Shown one piece after another: positions 26,844 through 36,054 of a stretch of DNA of 64,000 bases. Made by a program: the position numbers and the translations under genes. The notes below the pieces were generated by a model, which was given only the letters and a program-made list of their open reading frames with translations, made no database searches and had not been told where the DNA came from. Position 1 is the first letter of the stretch; every line of letters begins with the position of its first letter. Origin of the DNA: Sideroxydans sp. (lineage in GTDB: Bacteria; Pseudomonadota; Gammaproteobacteria; Burkholderiales; Gallionellaceae); contig JBBIIJ010000002.1 of the NCBI GenBank assembly GCA_037446535.1, positions 26,968 through 90,967 of the forward strand, written 5' to 3'.

Positions 26844-27301
26844 TTCTTGTCTTCTTCGTTCAGTAGTGCGGCTGCGCGTTCATGCGCTTCCGGGGTGAGC
26901 GTGGTTTCCGGCACGGACTGGCGGCGTTTGCGCAGCTGGAACACCAGCACGCCCACACCGACCAGGAGCAGGACGAAAGGACCGAACCAGAGCAGCAGGG
27001 TATAGCTCTTCACCGGCGGCTCATACAGCACGAAGTCGCCATAGCGTGCGACCAGGTAATCGAGGATCTCCTGGTCGCTCTTGCCCTGGGCCATCTGCTC
27101 GCGCACTTCGCGACGCAGGTCCTCAGCCAGCTCGGCGTGGGAACTCGCCAGCGACTCGTTCTGGCACACCAGGCAGCGCAGCTTCTCCGCCAGCCCTATC
27201 ATGCGTTTCTCCAGCACCGGGTCGGCGGCCAGGTCCTTCGCCTCGCCCGCGTACGAAAACGCGGGCAACAGGCAGAACAGCAGTATCAGTACGTTTCTCA
27301 T
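26840..27301 (-). CDS. ccmH: Cytochrome c-type biogenesis protein CcmH
   Basis: Signal peptide MRNVLILLFCLLPAFSYA and the LRCLVCQNESL (CXXC) motif. The true ATG is at 27301; the longer track ORF overlaps ccmG out of frame. Confidence 0.9.
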   Translation of the reverse strand: MRNVLILLFCLLPAFSYAGEAKDLAADPVLEKRMIGLAEKLRCLVCQNESLASSHAELAEDLRREVREQMAQGKSDQEILDYLVARYGDFVLYEPPVKSYTLLLWFGPFVLLLVGVGVLVFQLRKRRQSVPETTLTPEAHERAAALLNEEDKK

Positions 27302-27825
27302 TTGCTCTGCAACTCCGCAACCAGGGGCAATATCTTCTCGCTCAGATTCTGCGGCGTGACCGGGCCGATCTGCTTGTAGCGGATGACGCCCTGCTTGTCG
27401 ATCACATAGGTCTCGGGCACGCCATACACGCCGTAGTCGATTCCGATACGACCGTCGGTGTCCATCACGCTCAGGGTGTAGGGATCGCCGCCGCGGCTCA
27501 GCCACTGCTCGCCGTCCTCTTTCTTGTCCTTGTAGTCCAGGCCGTAGATCGGCACGATGTTCTGTTGCGACAGCGCCATCAGCACCGGATGCTCTTCACG
27601 GCAGGAGACACACCACGACGCCCACACGTTGAGCAGCCAGACCTTGCCCTTCATCTCGGCGGGCGAGAACTGCTTCTTGGGGTCATGCAGCTGCGGCAGG
27701 GTGAAGGCAGGTGCGGGCTTGCCCACCAGCGGCGACGGCACTTCGCGCGGGTCCAGATTCAGGCCCACGAACAGGAACCCTGCCAGCACCAGGAAGATCA
27801 CGAGAGGCCAAATGAAACGCGTCAT
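27298..27825 (-). CDS. ccmG: Thiol:disulfide interchange protein DsbE/CcmG
   Basis: Thioredoxin fold with WASWCVSCREEHP (CXXC) and GVYGVPETY. Confidence 0.9.
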   Translation of the reverse strand: MTRFIWPLVIFLVLAGFLFVGLNLDPREVPSPLVGKPAPAFTLPQLHDPKKQFSPAEMKGKVWLLNVWASWCVSCREEHPVLMALSQQNIVPIYGLDYKDKKEDGEQWLSRGGDPYTLSVMDTDGRIGIDYGVYGVPETYVIDKQGVIRYKQIGPVTPQNLSEKILPLVAELQSK

Positions 27826-29807
27826 GCTGTCTTCTCCTTCAGTTGCTCATCATCAGTCGCGACGGTCTGCGTCTTGCGCGCATGGATGCGATAACGACGG
27901 TCGCTCACTGCCAATATGCCACCCAGCGCCATCAGGAAACAGCCGAACCAGATCCAATCGACGAAGGGTTTGATGTAGACGCGCACCGCCCACGCAGAAG
28001 TATCGGGGATGGGTTCGCCCAGGGACACGTACAAGTCGCGCAGCAAACCGGGACGTATCGCGGCCTCGGTCATAGGCATGCCGGAGGCGTTGTACTGACG
28101 CTTCTCCGGATGCAGCTCGGTCACCAGCTTGCCGTCCTTGAGCACGCTCACCCTGCCCTGGGACGCCACGTAGTTCGGGCCTTCCTGCTCGCTCACGCCG
28201 TCGAAGCGGAACACGTAGCCGCCCGCCTCCACCGTGTCGCCGACATCCATGCGTACGTCGCGCTCGGTCTCATAGCCCTTCACCATGGTCACGCCGATGA
28301 TGAACACCGCGATGCCCAGGTGGGCGAACTGCATGCCGTAATAGCTGAGCGACGGCTTCTTCAGGCGCTGCCACAGCGTGCCTTCCTTGCCCAGGCGCTT
28401 GGCCAGGTCGAGCAAGGACGTGGTGATGACCCAGAACGCCATCAGCAGGCCGAGGGCGATCAGCGGCGTCCACTGCCCGAGCACGAACGGCAACAAGAGT
28501 GCGATGACCATGCTCGCTGCCAAGGCCCAGCGCACACGCTGCCAGATGTCAGGCAGGCTGGCCTGCTTCCAGCGCGCGACCGGCCCCAGGCCCATCATCA
28601 TCACCATGGGCACCATCAGCGGCACGAACACGGTGTGGAAATAGGGAGGACCGACGGAGAGCTTGCCAAAGCCCAGCGCGTCCATGAACAGCGGGTAGAG
28701 CGTGCCGAGGAACACCGAAGCGGAAGCCACCGAGAGCAACACGTTGTTGGAAAGCAGCAGCGATTCGCGCGACACGAGCTCGAACTTGCCACCCAGCCCG
28801 ACCTTGGGCGCGCGCCACGCGAACAGCAGCAGCGAGGCGCCGATGACCACCACCAGGAAGGACAGGATGAAGATGCCACGTCGCGGGTCGGATGCGAAGG
28901 CGTGCACGGAGGTCAGCACGCCGGAACGCACGAGGAAGGTGCCCAGCAACGACAGCGAGAAGGCAGCGATGGCCAGCAGCACCGTCCAGCTCTTGAACGC
29001 GCCGCGCTTCTCGGTGACCGCCAGCGAGTGCATCAATGCGGTGCCCACCAGCCAGGGCATGAACGAGGCGTTCTCGACAGGATCCCAGAACCACCAGCCG
29101 CCCCAGCCCAGTTCGTAATACGCCCACCAGCTGCCGAGTGCGATACCTATGGTCATGAACACCCAGGCCACGGTGGTCCACGGACGCGACCAACGTGCCC
29201 AGGTGGAATCGAGCTTGCCACCCAGCAGCGCGGACAGCGCGAAGGCGAAGGCGACGGAGAAACCGACATAACCCATGTACAGCATGGGCGGATGGATCAC
29301 CAGGCCCGGGTCCTGCAGCAACGGGTTCAGGTCACGCCCGTCAAGCGCGGCCGGCAACAGTCGGTCGAAGGGGTTGGAGGTGAGCAGCATGAACATCAGG
29401 AAGCCCACCGAGACCAGGCCCATCACGCCGATCACGCGCGCCACCATCTCCAGAGGCAGGTGCCTGCTGAAGATGGCCACGGCCATCGTCCACAAGGTCA
29501 GGATGAAGGTCCACAGCAGGAGCGAACCTTCGTGACCACCCCACAGCGCTGCGACGCGATAAGCGATGGGGAGCTGCGAGTTGGAGTGCTCCGCCACGTA
29601 TAACACCGAGAAATCGTTGGCGATGAAAGAATAGGTCAGGCAACCGAAGGCGATCGCGACGAACACGAAATGCCCCGCCGCGAAGGTGCGTGCGCTGTTC
29701 ATCAGCACGGCGTTGCCGCGTGCCGCGCCGACGATGGGCAGCACGCCCTGGACGAGCGCGAGGAACATGGCGACGATGAGCGTGAAATTACCGATCTCTG
29801 GAATCAT
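27822..29807 (-). CDS. ccmF: Cytochrome c heme lyase subunit CcmF
   Basis: 661 aa, polytopic, with the WWFWDPVENAS tryptophan-rich (WWD) motif. Confidence 0.95.
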   Translation of the reverse strand: MIPEIGNFTLIVAMFLALVQGVLPIVGAARGNAVLMNSARTFAAGHFVFVAIAFGCLTYSFIANDFSVLYVAEHSNSQLPIAYRVAALWGGHEGSLLLWTFILTLWTMAVAIFSRHLPLEMVARVIGVMGLVSVGFLMFMLLTSNPFDRLLPAALDGRDLNPLLQDPGLVIHPPMLYMGYVGFSVAFAFALSALLGGKLDSTWARWSRPWTTVAWVFMTIGIALGSWWAYYELGWGGWWFWDPVENASFMPWLVGTALMHSLAVTEKRGAFKSWTVLLAIAAFSLSLLGTFLVRSGVLTSVHAFASDPRRGIFILSFLVVVIGASLLLFAWRAPKVGLGGKFELVSRESLLLSNNVLLSVASASVFLGTLYPLFMDALGFGKLSVGPPYFHTVFVPLMVPMVMMMGLGPVARWKQASLPDIWQRVRWALAASMVIALLLPFVLGQWTPLIALGLLMAFWVITTSLLDLAKRLGKEGTLWQRLKKPSLSYYGMQFAHLGIAVFIIGVTMVKGYETERDVRMDVGDTVEAGGYVFRFDGVSEQEGPNYVASQGRVSVLKDGKLVTELHPEKRQYNASGMPMTEAAIRPGLLRDLYVSLGEPIPDTSAWAVRVYIKPFVDWIWFGCFLMALGGILAVSDRRYRIHARKTQTVATDDEQLKEKTA

Positions 29808-29822
29808 GAAGATAATCCTGGA

Positions 29823-30275
29823 TTACTTGGTGGTAGGTGATACGCCGGATTGGGCCTGGGCCTGCTCCAGTGCGTGTTTGGCCTCAGGGGGCATGTAGTT
29901 CTCGTCGTGCTTGGCCAGCACTTCGTCGGCGTGGAACACGTTGTCGGCATCCAGCTTGCCCTGGGCCACCACGCCTTTACCCTCCTTGAACAGGTCGGGC
30001 AGGATGCCCTTGTACACCACAGGCATGCTCTTCGCGGTATCGGTGATGCTGAAATGCACGGTCAGCCCGTCACCCTCACGCTTCACGCTGCCCGCCTCAA
30101 CCAGACCGCCGATGCGGAAGTTGCGGGCTTGCGGCGCTTCCTTGTTGTAGACCTGGGTAGGTGTGAAGTACAGGCTCACATTGGTCTTCAGCGCGTACAG
30201 AACCAGACCCACGGCAGCGGCCACCAGAGCCACCCCTGCCACAATCCATGTCAGTCTTTTCTGCCTCGGCGTCAT
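29823..30275 (-). CDS. ccmE: Heme chaperone CcmE
   Basis: [15 protein letters not shown] membrane anchor, OB fold, and the heme-binding His in [10 protein letters not shown]. Start ATG 30275 overlaps the ccmD stop. Confidence 0.95.
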   Translation of the reverse strand: MTPRQKRLTWIVAGVALVAAAVGLVLYALKTNVSLYFTPTQVYNKEAPQARNFRIGGLVEAGSVKREGDGLTVHFSITDTAKSMPVVYKGILPDLFKEGKGVVAQGKLDADNVFHADEVLAKHDENYMPPEAKHALEQAQAQSGVSPTTK

Positions 30276-30439
30276 TGCGCATCTCCGCTCTCGTTCATCC
30301 ATTTCAGCTGACGCAGAGCCAGCTTCCTCCTGTGCCTGACCATCGCGATCTCGACCGCGAACACCAGCAGCGCCACGCCGTAGGAACCCCACACATAGAA
30401 GCCATAACCGTTCATGGCGAAGAATTCGGTCCAATTCAT
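30272..30439 (-). CDS. ccmD: Heme exporter protein CcmD
   Basis: 55 aa. [38 protein letters not shown] is the typical CcmD single TM. ATGA overlap with ccmC. Confidence 0.8.
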   Translation of the reverse strand: MNWTEFFAMNGYGFYVWGSYGVALLVFAVEIAMVRHRRKLALRQLKWMNESGDAQ

Positions 30440-31182
30440 GACCGCACTCCTTTCACTTCGGGCAGGTCGTTCACCCACTGAGTGTTGGCTTCACGCTCAA
30501 GAATGATGCTGCGCACCCGCGCCAGCGCCACCGCGATGGTGTACAGCCAGCACGCGACCAGGATGGTGAACATTGATTGCTGCATGGCGATATGCATGCT
30601 GGTGCCGCTGAACTTGATGGTCGAGCCCTGATGCAGCGTGTTCCACCACTGCACCGAGTAATAGATGATGGGCACGTTCACCGAGCCGACGAGGGCGAGC
30701 AGCGCGCTGGCCCGGTCTGCGCGGCGCGGGTCGTCTATCGATGCCTGCAGCGCGATGTAGCCCAGATACAGGAAGAGCAATATAAGTTCGGAGGTCAGGC
30801 GCGCGTCCCATACCCACCAGGCGCCCCACATCGGCTTGCCCCACAGCGCCCCAGTCCACAGCGAGATGAAGGCGAACAGCGCGCCGGTCGGTGCCAGGGC
30901 GGAGGCCATCATGGCGGACAAGCGGGTCTTGAAGATGAGCCCCAGTGCCGCGTAGCCCGCCATGATGAGATAGATGAACATGGACAGTATGGACGCCGGG
31001 ACATGGATGAACATGATGCGGTAGGCCTCGCTCTGCACCGCGTCGGTGGGGGCGACGAAGAAGCCGATGTACAGGCCGATGCAGAACAGGATAGCCGCGG
31101 GCCATGCGAAATACGGGATCAGTCTTCCCGCCAGGCCATAGAACGTGGTGGGAGCCGAATACTTAAACCAGTTGATTACCAA
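30436..31182 (-). CDS. ccmC: Heme exporter protein CcmC
   Basis: 248 aa with the [19 protein letters not shown] tryptophan-rich motif. Confidence 0.95.
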   Translation of the reverse strand: MVINWFKYSAPTTFYGLAGRLIPYFAWPAAILFCIGLYIGFFVAPTDAVQSEAYRIMFIHVPASILSMFIYLIMAGYAALGLIFKTRLSAMMASALAPTGALFAFISLWTGALWGKPMWGAWWVWDARLTSELILLFLYLGYIALQASIDDPRRADRASALLALVGSVNVPIIYYSVQWWNTLHQGSTIKFSGTSMHIAMQQSMFTILVACWLYTIAVALARVRSIILEREANTQWVNDLPEVKGVRS

Positions 31183-31188
31183 TCTCTA

Positions 31189-31872
31189 TCACTCCATCGA
31201 AATACGCAACGCTTGCGCCGCCACGAACGGCGTGAACACCAGGGCGAACAACAGGAACGCCCCCAACAGCGACAGGTTGGAGACCGCATCCATACCGCTG
31301 TTCACCGCCTCCACCGCCCCTGCACCGAAGATCAGAACCGGGATGCACAGGGGCAACACCAACAACGAAACCAGCACACCGCCGCCGCGCAGTCCCAGCG
31401 TGAGCGCCGCACCGATCGCACCTATCATGCTCAACACGGGCGTCCCCAGCAGCAGCGCGAGGACCAGTATCCACAGAGCCTGCGCCGACATGTCGAACTG
31501 CAGCCCCAGCACGGGCGCGATCAGCACCAGCGGCAGGCCGGACAACATCCAGTGCGCGACGATCTTGCCCAGCACCATCGCAGTCAGCGACTGCGGCGCC
31601 AACATCATCTGCTCCAGCGTGCCGTCCAGATAGTCCGCCGAGAACATGCGCGGCAGTGACAGCATGGAGGCCAGCAAGGCCGCGACCCACAACACGCCGG
31701 AAGCCATCCTGCGCAGCATCTCGGGCTCAGGTCCCACTCCCAGCGGGAACAGGCTCACCACCATCACGAAGAAGATCAGCGTGGTCAGCACATCCGCGCG
31801 GCGACGCATCGCCAGCAGCAGGTCGCGCCGTATCACCAGCCCTAACAATCCGAACAGGGAGAACCTCTTCAT
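31189..31872 (-). CDS. ccmB: Heme exporter permease CcmB
   Basis: 227 aa, six-TM CcmB pattern. 4-nt overlap with ccmA. Confidence 0.9.
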   Translation of the reverse strand: MKRFSLFGLLGLVIRRDLLLAMRRRADVLTTLIFFVMVVSLFPLGVGPEPEMLRRMASGVLWVAALLASMLSLPRMFSADYLDGTLEQMMLAPQSLTAMVLGKIVAHWMLSGLPLVLIAPVLGLQFDMSAQALWILVLALLLGTPVLSMIGAIGAALTLGLRGGGVLVSLLVLPLCIPVLIFGAGAVEAVNSGMDAVSNLSLLGAFLLFALVFTPFVAAQALRISME

Positions 31873-32516
31873 GACAGTGCCAGCGGCCTCGTCTGCACAC
31901 CTGCCACCTGCAAGGGCTGGTGCGTGGTAAAAATCACCATGCCGCCTTTCGACAGATGCTCACCGATAAGTTCCTGCATCATGCCCACTGCCCCCACATC
32001 CAGTGCGGTCAAGGGCTCATCCAGTATCCACAGCTTCGCATCACCGATCAGCAATCGGCTCAGGGCGACCCGCCGGCGCTGGCCTTGGGAAAGTACGCGT
32101 ACCGGCAGGTGCTCCTTGCGCCGCAATCCCATGCGGTGCAGCACGGCGACTGCCTCCCGTTCGCTCACCCGAAAACCGGCAAGCCCGGCGCTCATCTGCA
32201 GATTTTCGATCGCGCTCAATTCATCCTTGATCGCATTGTGGTGTCCGAGGTAACACATCCGAGCGTGGTAATCGTCGCTCCATTCGCTGATGTCTCGCCC
32301 AGCCCACGACACCCGGCCTTGCACCGGCTGCACGAATCCGCATAGTGTGCGCAACAGCGTAGTCTTGCCGCTCCCGTTCTCGCCCTGCACCTGCATCAAC
32401 TCCCCCGCCGAAAGCGCGAAGCTCAGGCCGCTGAACAGGCGATGATCGCCCCGTTCACAGGCCAAGCCATCCACTTCAAGAATAGGTGTTTGCCGCATGG
32501 AGTACTTCGTACGCAT
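31869..32516 (-). CDS. ccmA: Heme exporter ATP-binding protein CcmA
   Basis: ABC ATPase with Walker A GENGSGKTT, signature LSQGQRRRVAL and Walker B WILDEP. The start could be ATG 32498. Confidence 0.9.
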   Translation of the reverse strand: MRTKYSMRQTPILEVDGLACERGDHRLFSGLSFALSAGELMQVQGENGSGKTTLLRTLCGFVQPVQGRVSWAGRDISEWSDDYHARMCYLGHHNAIKDELSAIENLQMSAGLAGFRVSEREAVAVLHRMGLRRKEHLPVRVLSQGQRRRVALSRLLIGDAKLWILDEPLTALDVGAVGMMQELIGEHLSKGGMVIFTTHQPLQVAGVQTRPLALS

Positions 32517-32628
32517 TGAACAAAATAACGCCTGATTATATACGATAGCTCTCTCCTGAGGCGCTACCTCATCGGGATATAATCCACGCCGCTCCAGCCT
32601 TTCGCAACCAATTTAACCTGAGGAAAAA

Positions 32629-33411
32629 ATGGGATTTTTGGCAAACAAACGCATACTCATAACCGGGTTGATCAGCAACCGTTCGATTGCCTATGGCGTG
32701 GCGCAAGCCATGCGCCGCGAAGGAGCCGAGCTCGCCTTCACCTACCAAGGCGAGCGGGTGAAGGGCCGAGTGATCGAATTGGCCAAGGCCTTCGGCAGCG
32801 ACCTGGTTTTCCCCTGCGATGTGTCCAACGATACCGAGGTCGCCCAACTCTTCGCCGACCTGGGTAAGCACTGGGAAAGATTCGACGGTTTCGTGCACTC
32901 CATAGCCTTCGCGCCGCGCGAAGCACTGGACGGGGAGTTCCTGGACGGGTTCAATCGCGAGGCTTTCCGCATCGCCCACGACATCAGCGCCTACAGTTTT
33001 CCGGCCATGGCCAAGGCCGCCTTGCCTTATCTGAACGACAGGGCTGCATTGCTGACCATGAGCTATCTGGGTGCCGTACGCACCATGCCGCATTACAACG
33101 TGATGGGACTGGCCAAGGCCAGCCTGGAAGCCAGCGTGCGTTATCTGGCGATGGACCTGGGGCGGAAGGGGATACGGACCAACGGGATCTCGGCCGGCCC
33201 CATCAAGACCCTCGCCGCGGCCGGCATCGGCGATTTCGCCAAGCTGCTCTCCTATCACGAGAAGAATGCCCCCCTCAAACGCAACGTGACCATCGAGGAG
33301 GTCGGCAACGTGGCTGCGTTCCTGTGTAGCGACTTGGCCAGCGGCGTCACGGGCGAGATCACTTATGTGGACTGTGGATTCAACACTACCGCCCTAGGCA
33401 CCACGGGTTGA
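32629..33411 (+). CDS. fabI: Enoyl-[acyl-carrier-protein] reductase (NADH) FabI
   Basis: [23 protein letters not shown] and Y-x6-K ([23 protein letters not shown]), typical of FabI. Confidence 0.95.
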   Translation: MGFLANKRILITGLISNRSIAYGVAQAMRREGAELAFTYQGERVKGRVIELAKAFGSDLVFPCDVSNDTEVAQLFADLGKHWERFDGFVHSIAFAPREALDGEFLDGFNREAFRIAHDISAYSFPAMAKAALPYLNDRAALLTMSYLGAVRTMPHYNVMGLAKASLEASVRYLAMDLGRKGIRTNGISAGPIKTLAAAGIGDFAKLLSYHEKNAPLKRNVTIEEVGNVAAFLCSDLASGVTGEITYVDCGFNTTALGTTG

Positions 33412-33417
33412 CGCTCC

Positions 33418-33458
33418 CAAAACAGAAACGCCGCTCCATGAGCGGCGTTTCTGTTTTT
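33418..33458. terminator. Bidirectional rho-independent terminator (fabI / ppiD convergent)
   Basis: 13-bp stem CAGAAACGCCGCT / AGCGGCGTTTCTG with loop CCATG, flanked by AAAA on the left and TTTTT on the right. Confidence 0.75.
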
Positions 33459-33474
33459 CGTGACGAGACTCCGG

Positions 33475-35379
33475 CTATTTCTTTTCTTCAGCGGTGAAGT
33501 CCTTCATCGTGATATCAGCACGCTTCCTCGCGTCACCCAGATATGCGGTCAGCAACTCCTCGCCCGTAAGCTGACGCAGCTCGCGAACCATCTGGTTGCG
33601 CTTGCCTTCATCAACCGATTCGACTTCCTTAACCGCATCGATGCGAGCCACGGCGTAGCCGTTCTGCGTAGTGGCGCCGACATATGCCGGAAGTTTCCCG
33701 CTGTCAGCGCGGAACACGGCTTCGAGCAACTCAGGTGCAATCTCGTTGCGCTGATTGCGATTGAGGGGCTTCGCCGCCTTCCAGTTCATGCTGACCTTCT
33801 CGCCGCGCTGCAGCTGCTCCAGCAACTTCTTTCCCTGCGCCAGCACAGATTCAGTCGCTTGCTGCTTCTTGAGTTTCTCGCGAATGTCGTTCGAGACCTC
33901 CGCCAGCGCGCGAACGCTCGCCGGCTGGTATTCCGTTACACGCGCAGCCAGCAGCGCGCTGGGCGCCACCTCGATGGCAGCCGTATTGCGCTTGTTCTTC
34001 AGCACGTCGTCAGAGAACACGGCTTGCAGCGCCTTGTCGTTCCAAGGGGCAACTGCCGCCTGCCCCTTGCTCAACCATCCGCCGTTTTGCACCGTGGCTC
34101 TCACCAGCTCGGCGGCCGGTTTCAGGCTGTCACTTTGCTCGTAAACCGCATTGCTGAACTTTTCGGCCAGCTCGGCGAATTTGTCACTGGCGTGCTGCAT
34201 CTTGATGCGCTGCGCAATCTCACCCCTTACGTCGCCGAGCGCCTTGGCTTTCGCCGGCTTGATTGCGGTCACCTTGATGATATGGAAACCGAAATCGGAC
34301 TGGACGAGACCGCTGATCTCACCTGCCTTGAGCGAGAACGCCGCATCTTCGAATGGCTTCACCATCATCCCGCGACCGAACATCCCAAGGTCGCCACCGT
34401 TGGCGGCTGAACCAGGGTCCTGTGAATACTGCTTGGCCAGCTCGGAGAACCTTCCCGGCGTCTGTTTGACTTGCTGCAACACTTCCTCGGCCTTGCTCTT
34501 TGCCGCCTGCTTCTCAGCATCCGAACCCTGCTTGGGCAGCGAGATCAGGATATGCGCAGCCTGACGTTCCTCCTGCGAACTGAATTCATTCACATGCTCG
34601 TCGTAATACGCTTTGATCTCTTCGTCCGTAGCGGCCATTTGCGGAAGCAGGGAGTCAACGGAGAAAACCACGTATTCGACTCTAGCCCGCTCCGGAAGCT
34701 GGAATTCCAGCTGATTCTTTTCGAAATAGCTCTTGACCGCGGCCTCGTCCACCTTGGCCTGCTTCATGAAAGATTCGAAATCAAGCTCCGAAACCGACAC
34801 GACACGTTGCTGCTCATAGAGACGCACCAGTTTTTCTGCTACCGCATCGGCCGCAAAGCCGTTCTGCGCATAGGCGTCTGTCAACTGCCGGGTCATCAAT
34901 TCGCGCCGCACACGGTACTCGAACATCGCAGGCGTCATACCCTGTGCGGCGAGGGCTGCCTCATAGCGTTGCTTGTCGAACTTGGCTTCCTGCTCGCCCT
35001 CGCCCTTCTTCTTGAAGGCCTCGACCGTGGCGATGAGTTGCGCCATCTGTTCATCGCTCACAGTCAACCCGACCTTGTGCGCCTCATCGAAGAGCAGATG
35101 CTGAGTAACCAAGCCGTCCAGTACCGAATGTTTGACCTCAGGCTTATCGAAGAGGGCTGGATCGAACCTGGGGCCCATCATCTGGCGCAGCCTTTCGCGC
35201 TGCTGCTCCATGGCATTTTCAAACTCCTGCTGGCTGACCTTCTCTCCATTGACCTTCGCCAGCGGCGCCACTTCACCGGACTTTCGATAAGAGTCCACTC
35301 CCCACAGGGCGAATGGAAGCACGATGAGCGCCAAAACGACCTGCACCAGGCGTTTTCTTTCATGTACGAAATCGAACAT
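33475..35379 (-). CDS. ppiD: Periplasmic chaperone / peptidyl-prolyl isomerase PpiD
   Basis: 634 aa. N-terminal anchor MFDFVHERKRLVQVVLALIVLPFALWG and a parvulin domain (GGDLGMFGRGMMVKPFEDAAF). Canonical position after hupB. Confidence 0.9.
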   Translation of the reverse strand: MFDFVHERKRLVQVVLALIVLPFALWGVDSYRKSGEVAPLAKVNGEKVSQQEFENAMEQQRERLRQMMGPRFDPALFDKPEVKHSVLDGLVTQHLLFDEAHKVGLTVSDEQMAQLIATVEAFKKKGEGEQEAKFDKQRYEAALAAQGMTPAMFEYRVRRELMTRQLTDAYAQNGFAADAVAEKLVRLYEQQRVVSVSELDFESFMKQAKVDEAAVKSYFEKNQLEFQLPERARVEYVVFSVDSLLPQMAATDEEIKAYYDEHVNEFSSQEERQAAHILISLPKQGSDAEKQAAKSKAEEVLQQVKQTPGRFSELAKQYSQDPGSAANGGDLGMFGRGMMVKPFEDAAFSLKAGEISGLVQSDFGFHIIKVTAIKPAKAKALGDVRGEIAQRIKMQHASDKFAELAEKFSNAVYEQSDSLKPAAELVRATVQNGGWLSKGQAAVAPWNDKALQAVFSDDVLKNKRNTAAIEVAPSALLAARVTEYQPASVRALAEVSNDIREKLKKQQATESVLAQGKKLLEQLQRGEKVSMNWKAAKPLNRNQRNEIAPELLEAVFRADSGKLPAYVGATTQNGYAVARIDAVKEVESVDEGKRNQMVRELRQLTGEELLTAYLGDARKRADITMKDFTAEEKK

Positions 35380-35424
35380 AGCAGCCTACCCAATAAATCG
35401 GATGCCGTCGCGGACATCCCATAT

Positions 35425-35450
35425 GAAAAAAGGCGAACTTTCGTTCGCCT
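35425..35450 (-). terminator. Rho-independent terminator after tRNA-Asp
   Basis: AGGCGAAC-GAAA-GTTCGCCT hairpin on the minus strand, followed by TTTTTTC. Confidence 0.7.
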
Positions 35451-35455
35451 CTGTT

Positions 35456-35532
35456 TGGCGGAGTGGACGGGACTCGAACCCGCGACCCCCGGCGTGACAG
35501 GCCGGTATTCTAACCAACTGAACTACCACTCC
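35456..35532 (-). tRNA. tRNA-Asp (anticodon GTC)
   Basis: The reverse complement reads GGAGTGGTAGTTCAGTTGGTTAGAATACCGGCCTGTCACGCCGGGGGTCGCGGGTTCGAGTCCCGTCCACTCCGCCA, nearly identical to E. coli tRNA-Asp. Confidence 0.95.
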
Positions 35533-35560
35533 ATAACTCTTACTGCAACTACTCAAACCC

Positions 35561-35636
35561 TGGTGGGTGCTGACGGGATCGAACCGCCGACAATCGCCTT
35601 GTAAGGGCGGTGCTCTACCAGCTGAGCTAAGCACCC
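35561..35636 (-). tRNA. tRNA-Val (anticodon TAC)
   Basis: The reverse complement reads GGGTGCTTAGCTCAGCTGGTAGAGCACCGCCCTTACAAGGCGATTGTCGGCGGTTCGATCCCGTCAGCACCCACCA, a cloverleaf with anticodon loop CTTACAA. Confidence 0.95.
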
Positions 35637-35650
35637 GTCGAAAAAGAGCG

Positions 35651-35926
35651 CTAGTTTACTGCATCCTTCAGCCCTTTGCCAGCCCTAAATTTAGGAACTT
35701 TTGCAGCCTTGATCTTGATGGCCGCACCTGTCTGCGGATTGCGGCCGGTACGTGCAGCACGCTTGCCCACATAGAAGGTTCCGAAGCCAACCAGACTCAC
35801 CTGCTCGCCTTTCTTGAGGGACTTCCTGATGGACTCGATGGTCGCATCCAGCGCCCGGCCTGCAGCTGCCTTGGAAAGGTCAGCGGACTTGGCGATAGCT
35901 TCGATCAGATCAGATTTATTACTCAC
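35651..35926 (-). CDS. hupB: DNA-binding protein HU (beta-type)
   Basis: GTG start with a [74 protein letters not shown] is the HU signature. The track ORF is extended 20 codons upstream. Confidence 0.9.
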   Translation of the reverse strand: MSNKSDLIEAIAKSADLSKAAAGRALDATIESIRKSLKKGEQVSLVGFGTFYVGKRAARTGRNPQTGAAIKIKAAKVPKFRAGKGLKDAVN

Positions 35927-36054
35927 GCGATTCCCCTCTGGTTGGTTGGTGAAAATGGTACGAGAAAACTCGGGCGGTTTTATCAAGGGCCATTTGGCAG
36001 GTCATGCAATCAGGAATGTCTTGCGCGATTGCTGTTGCCCCGCCACAGACTGCG

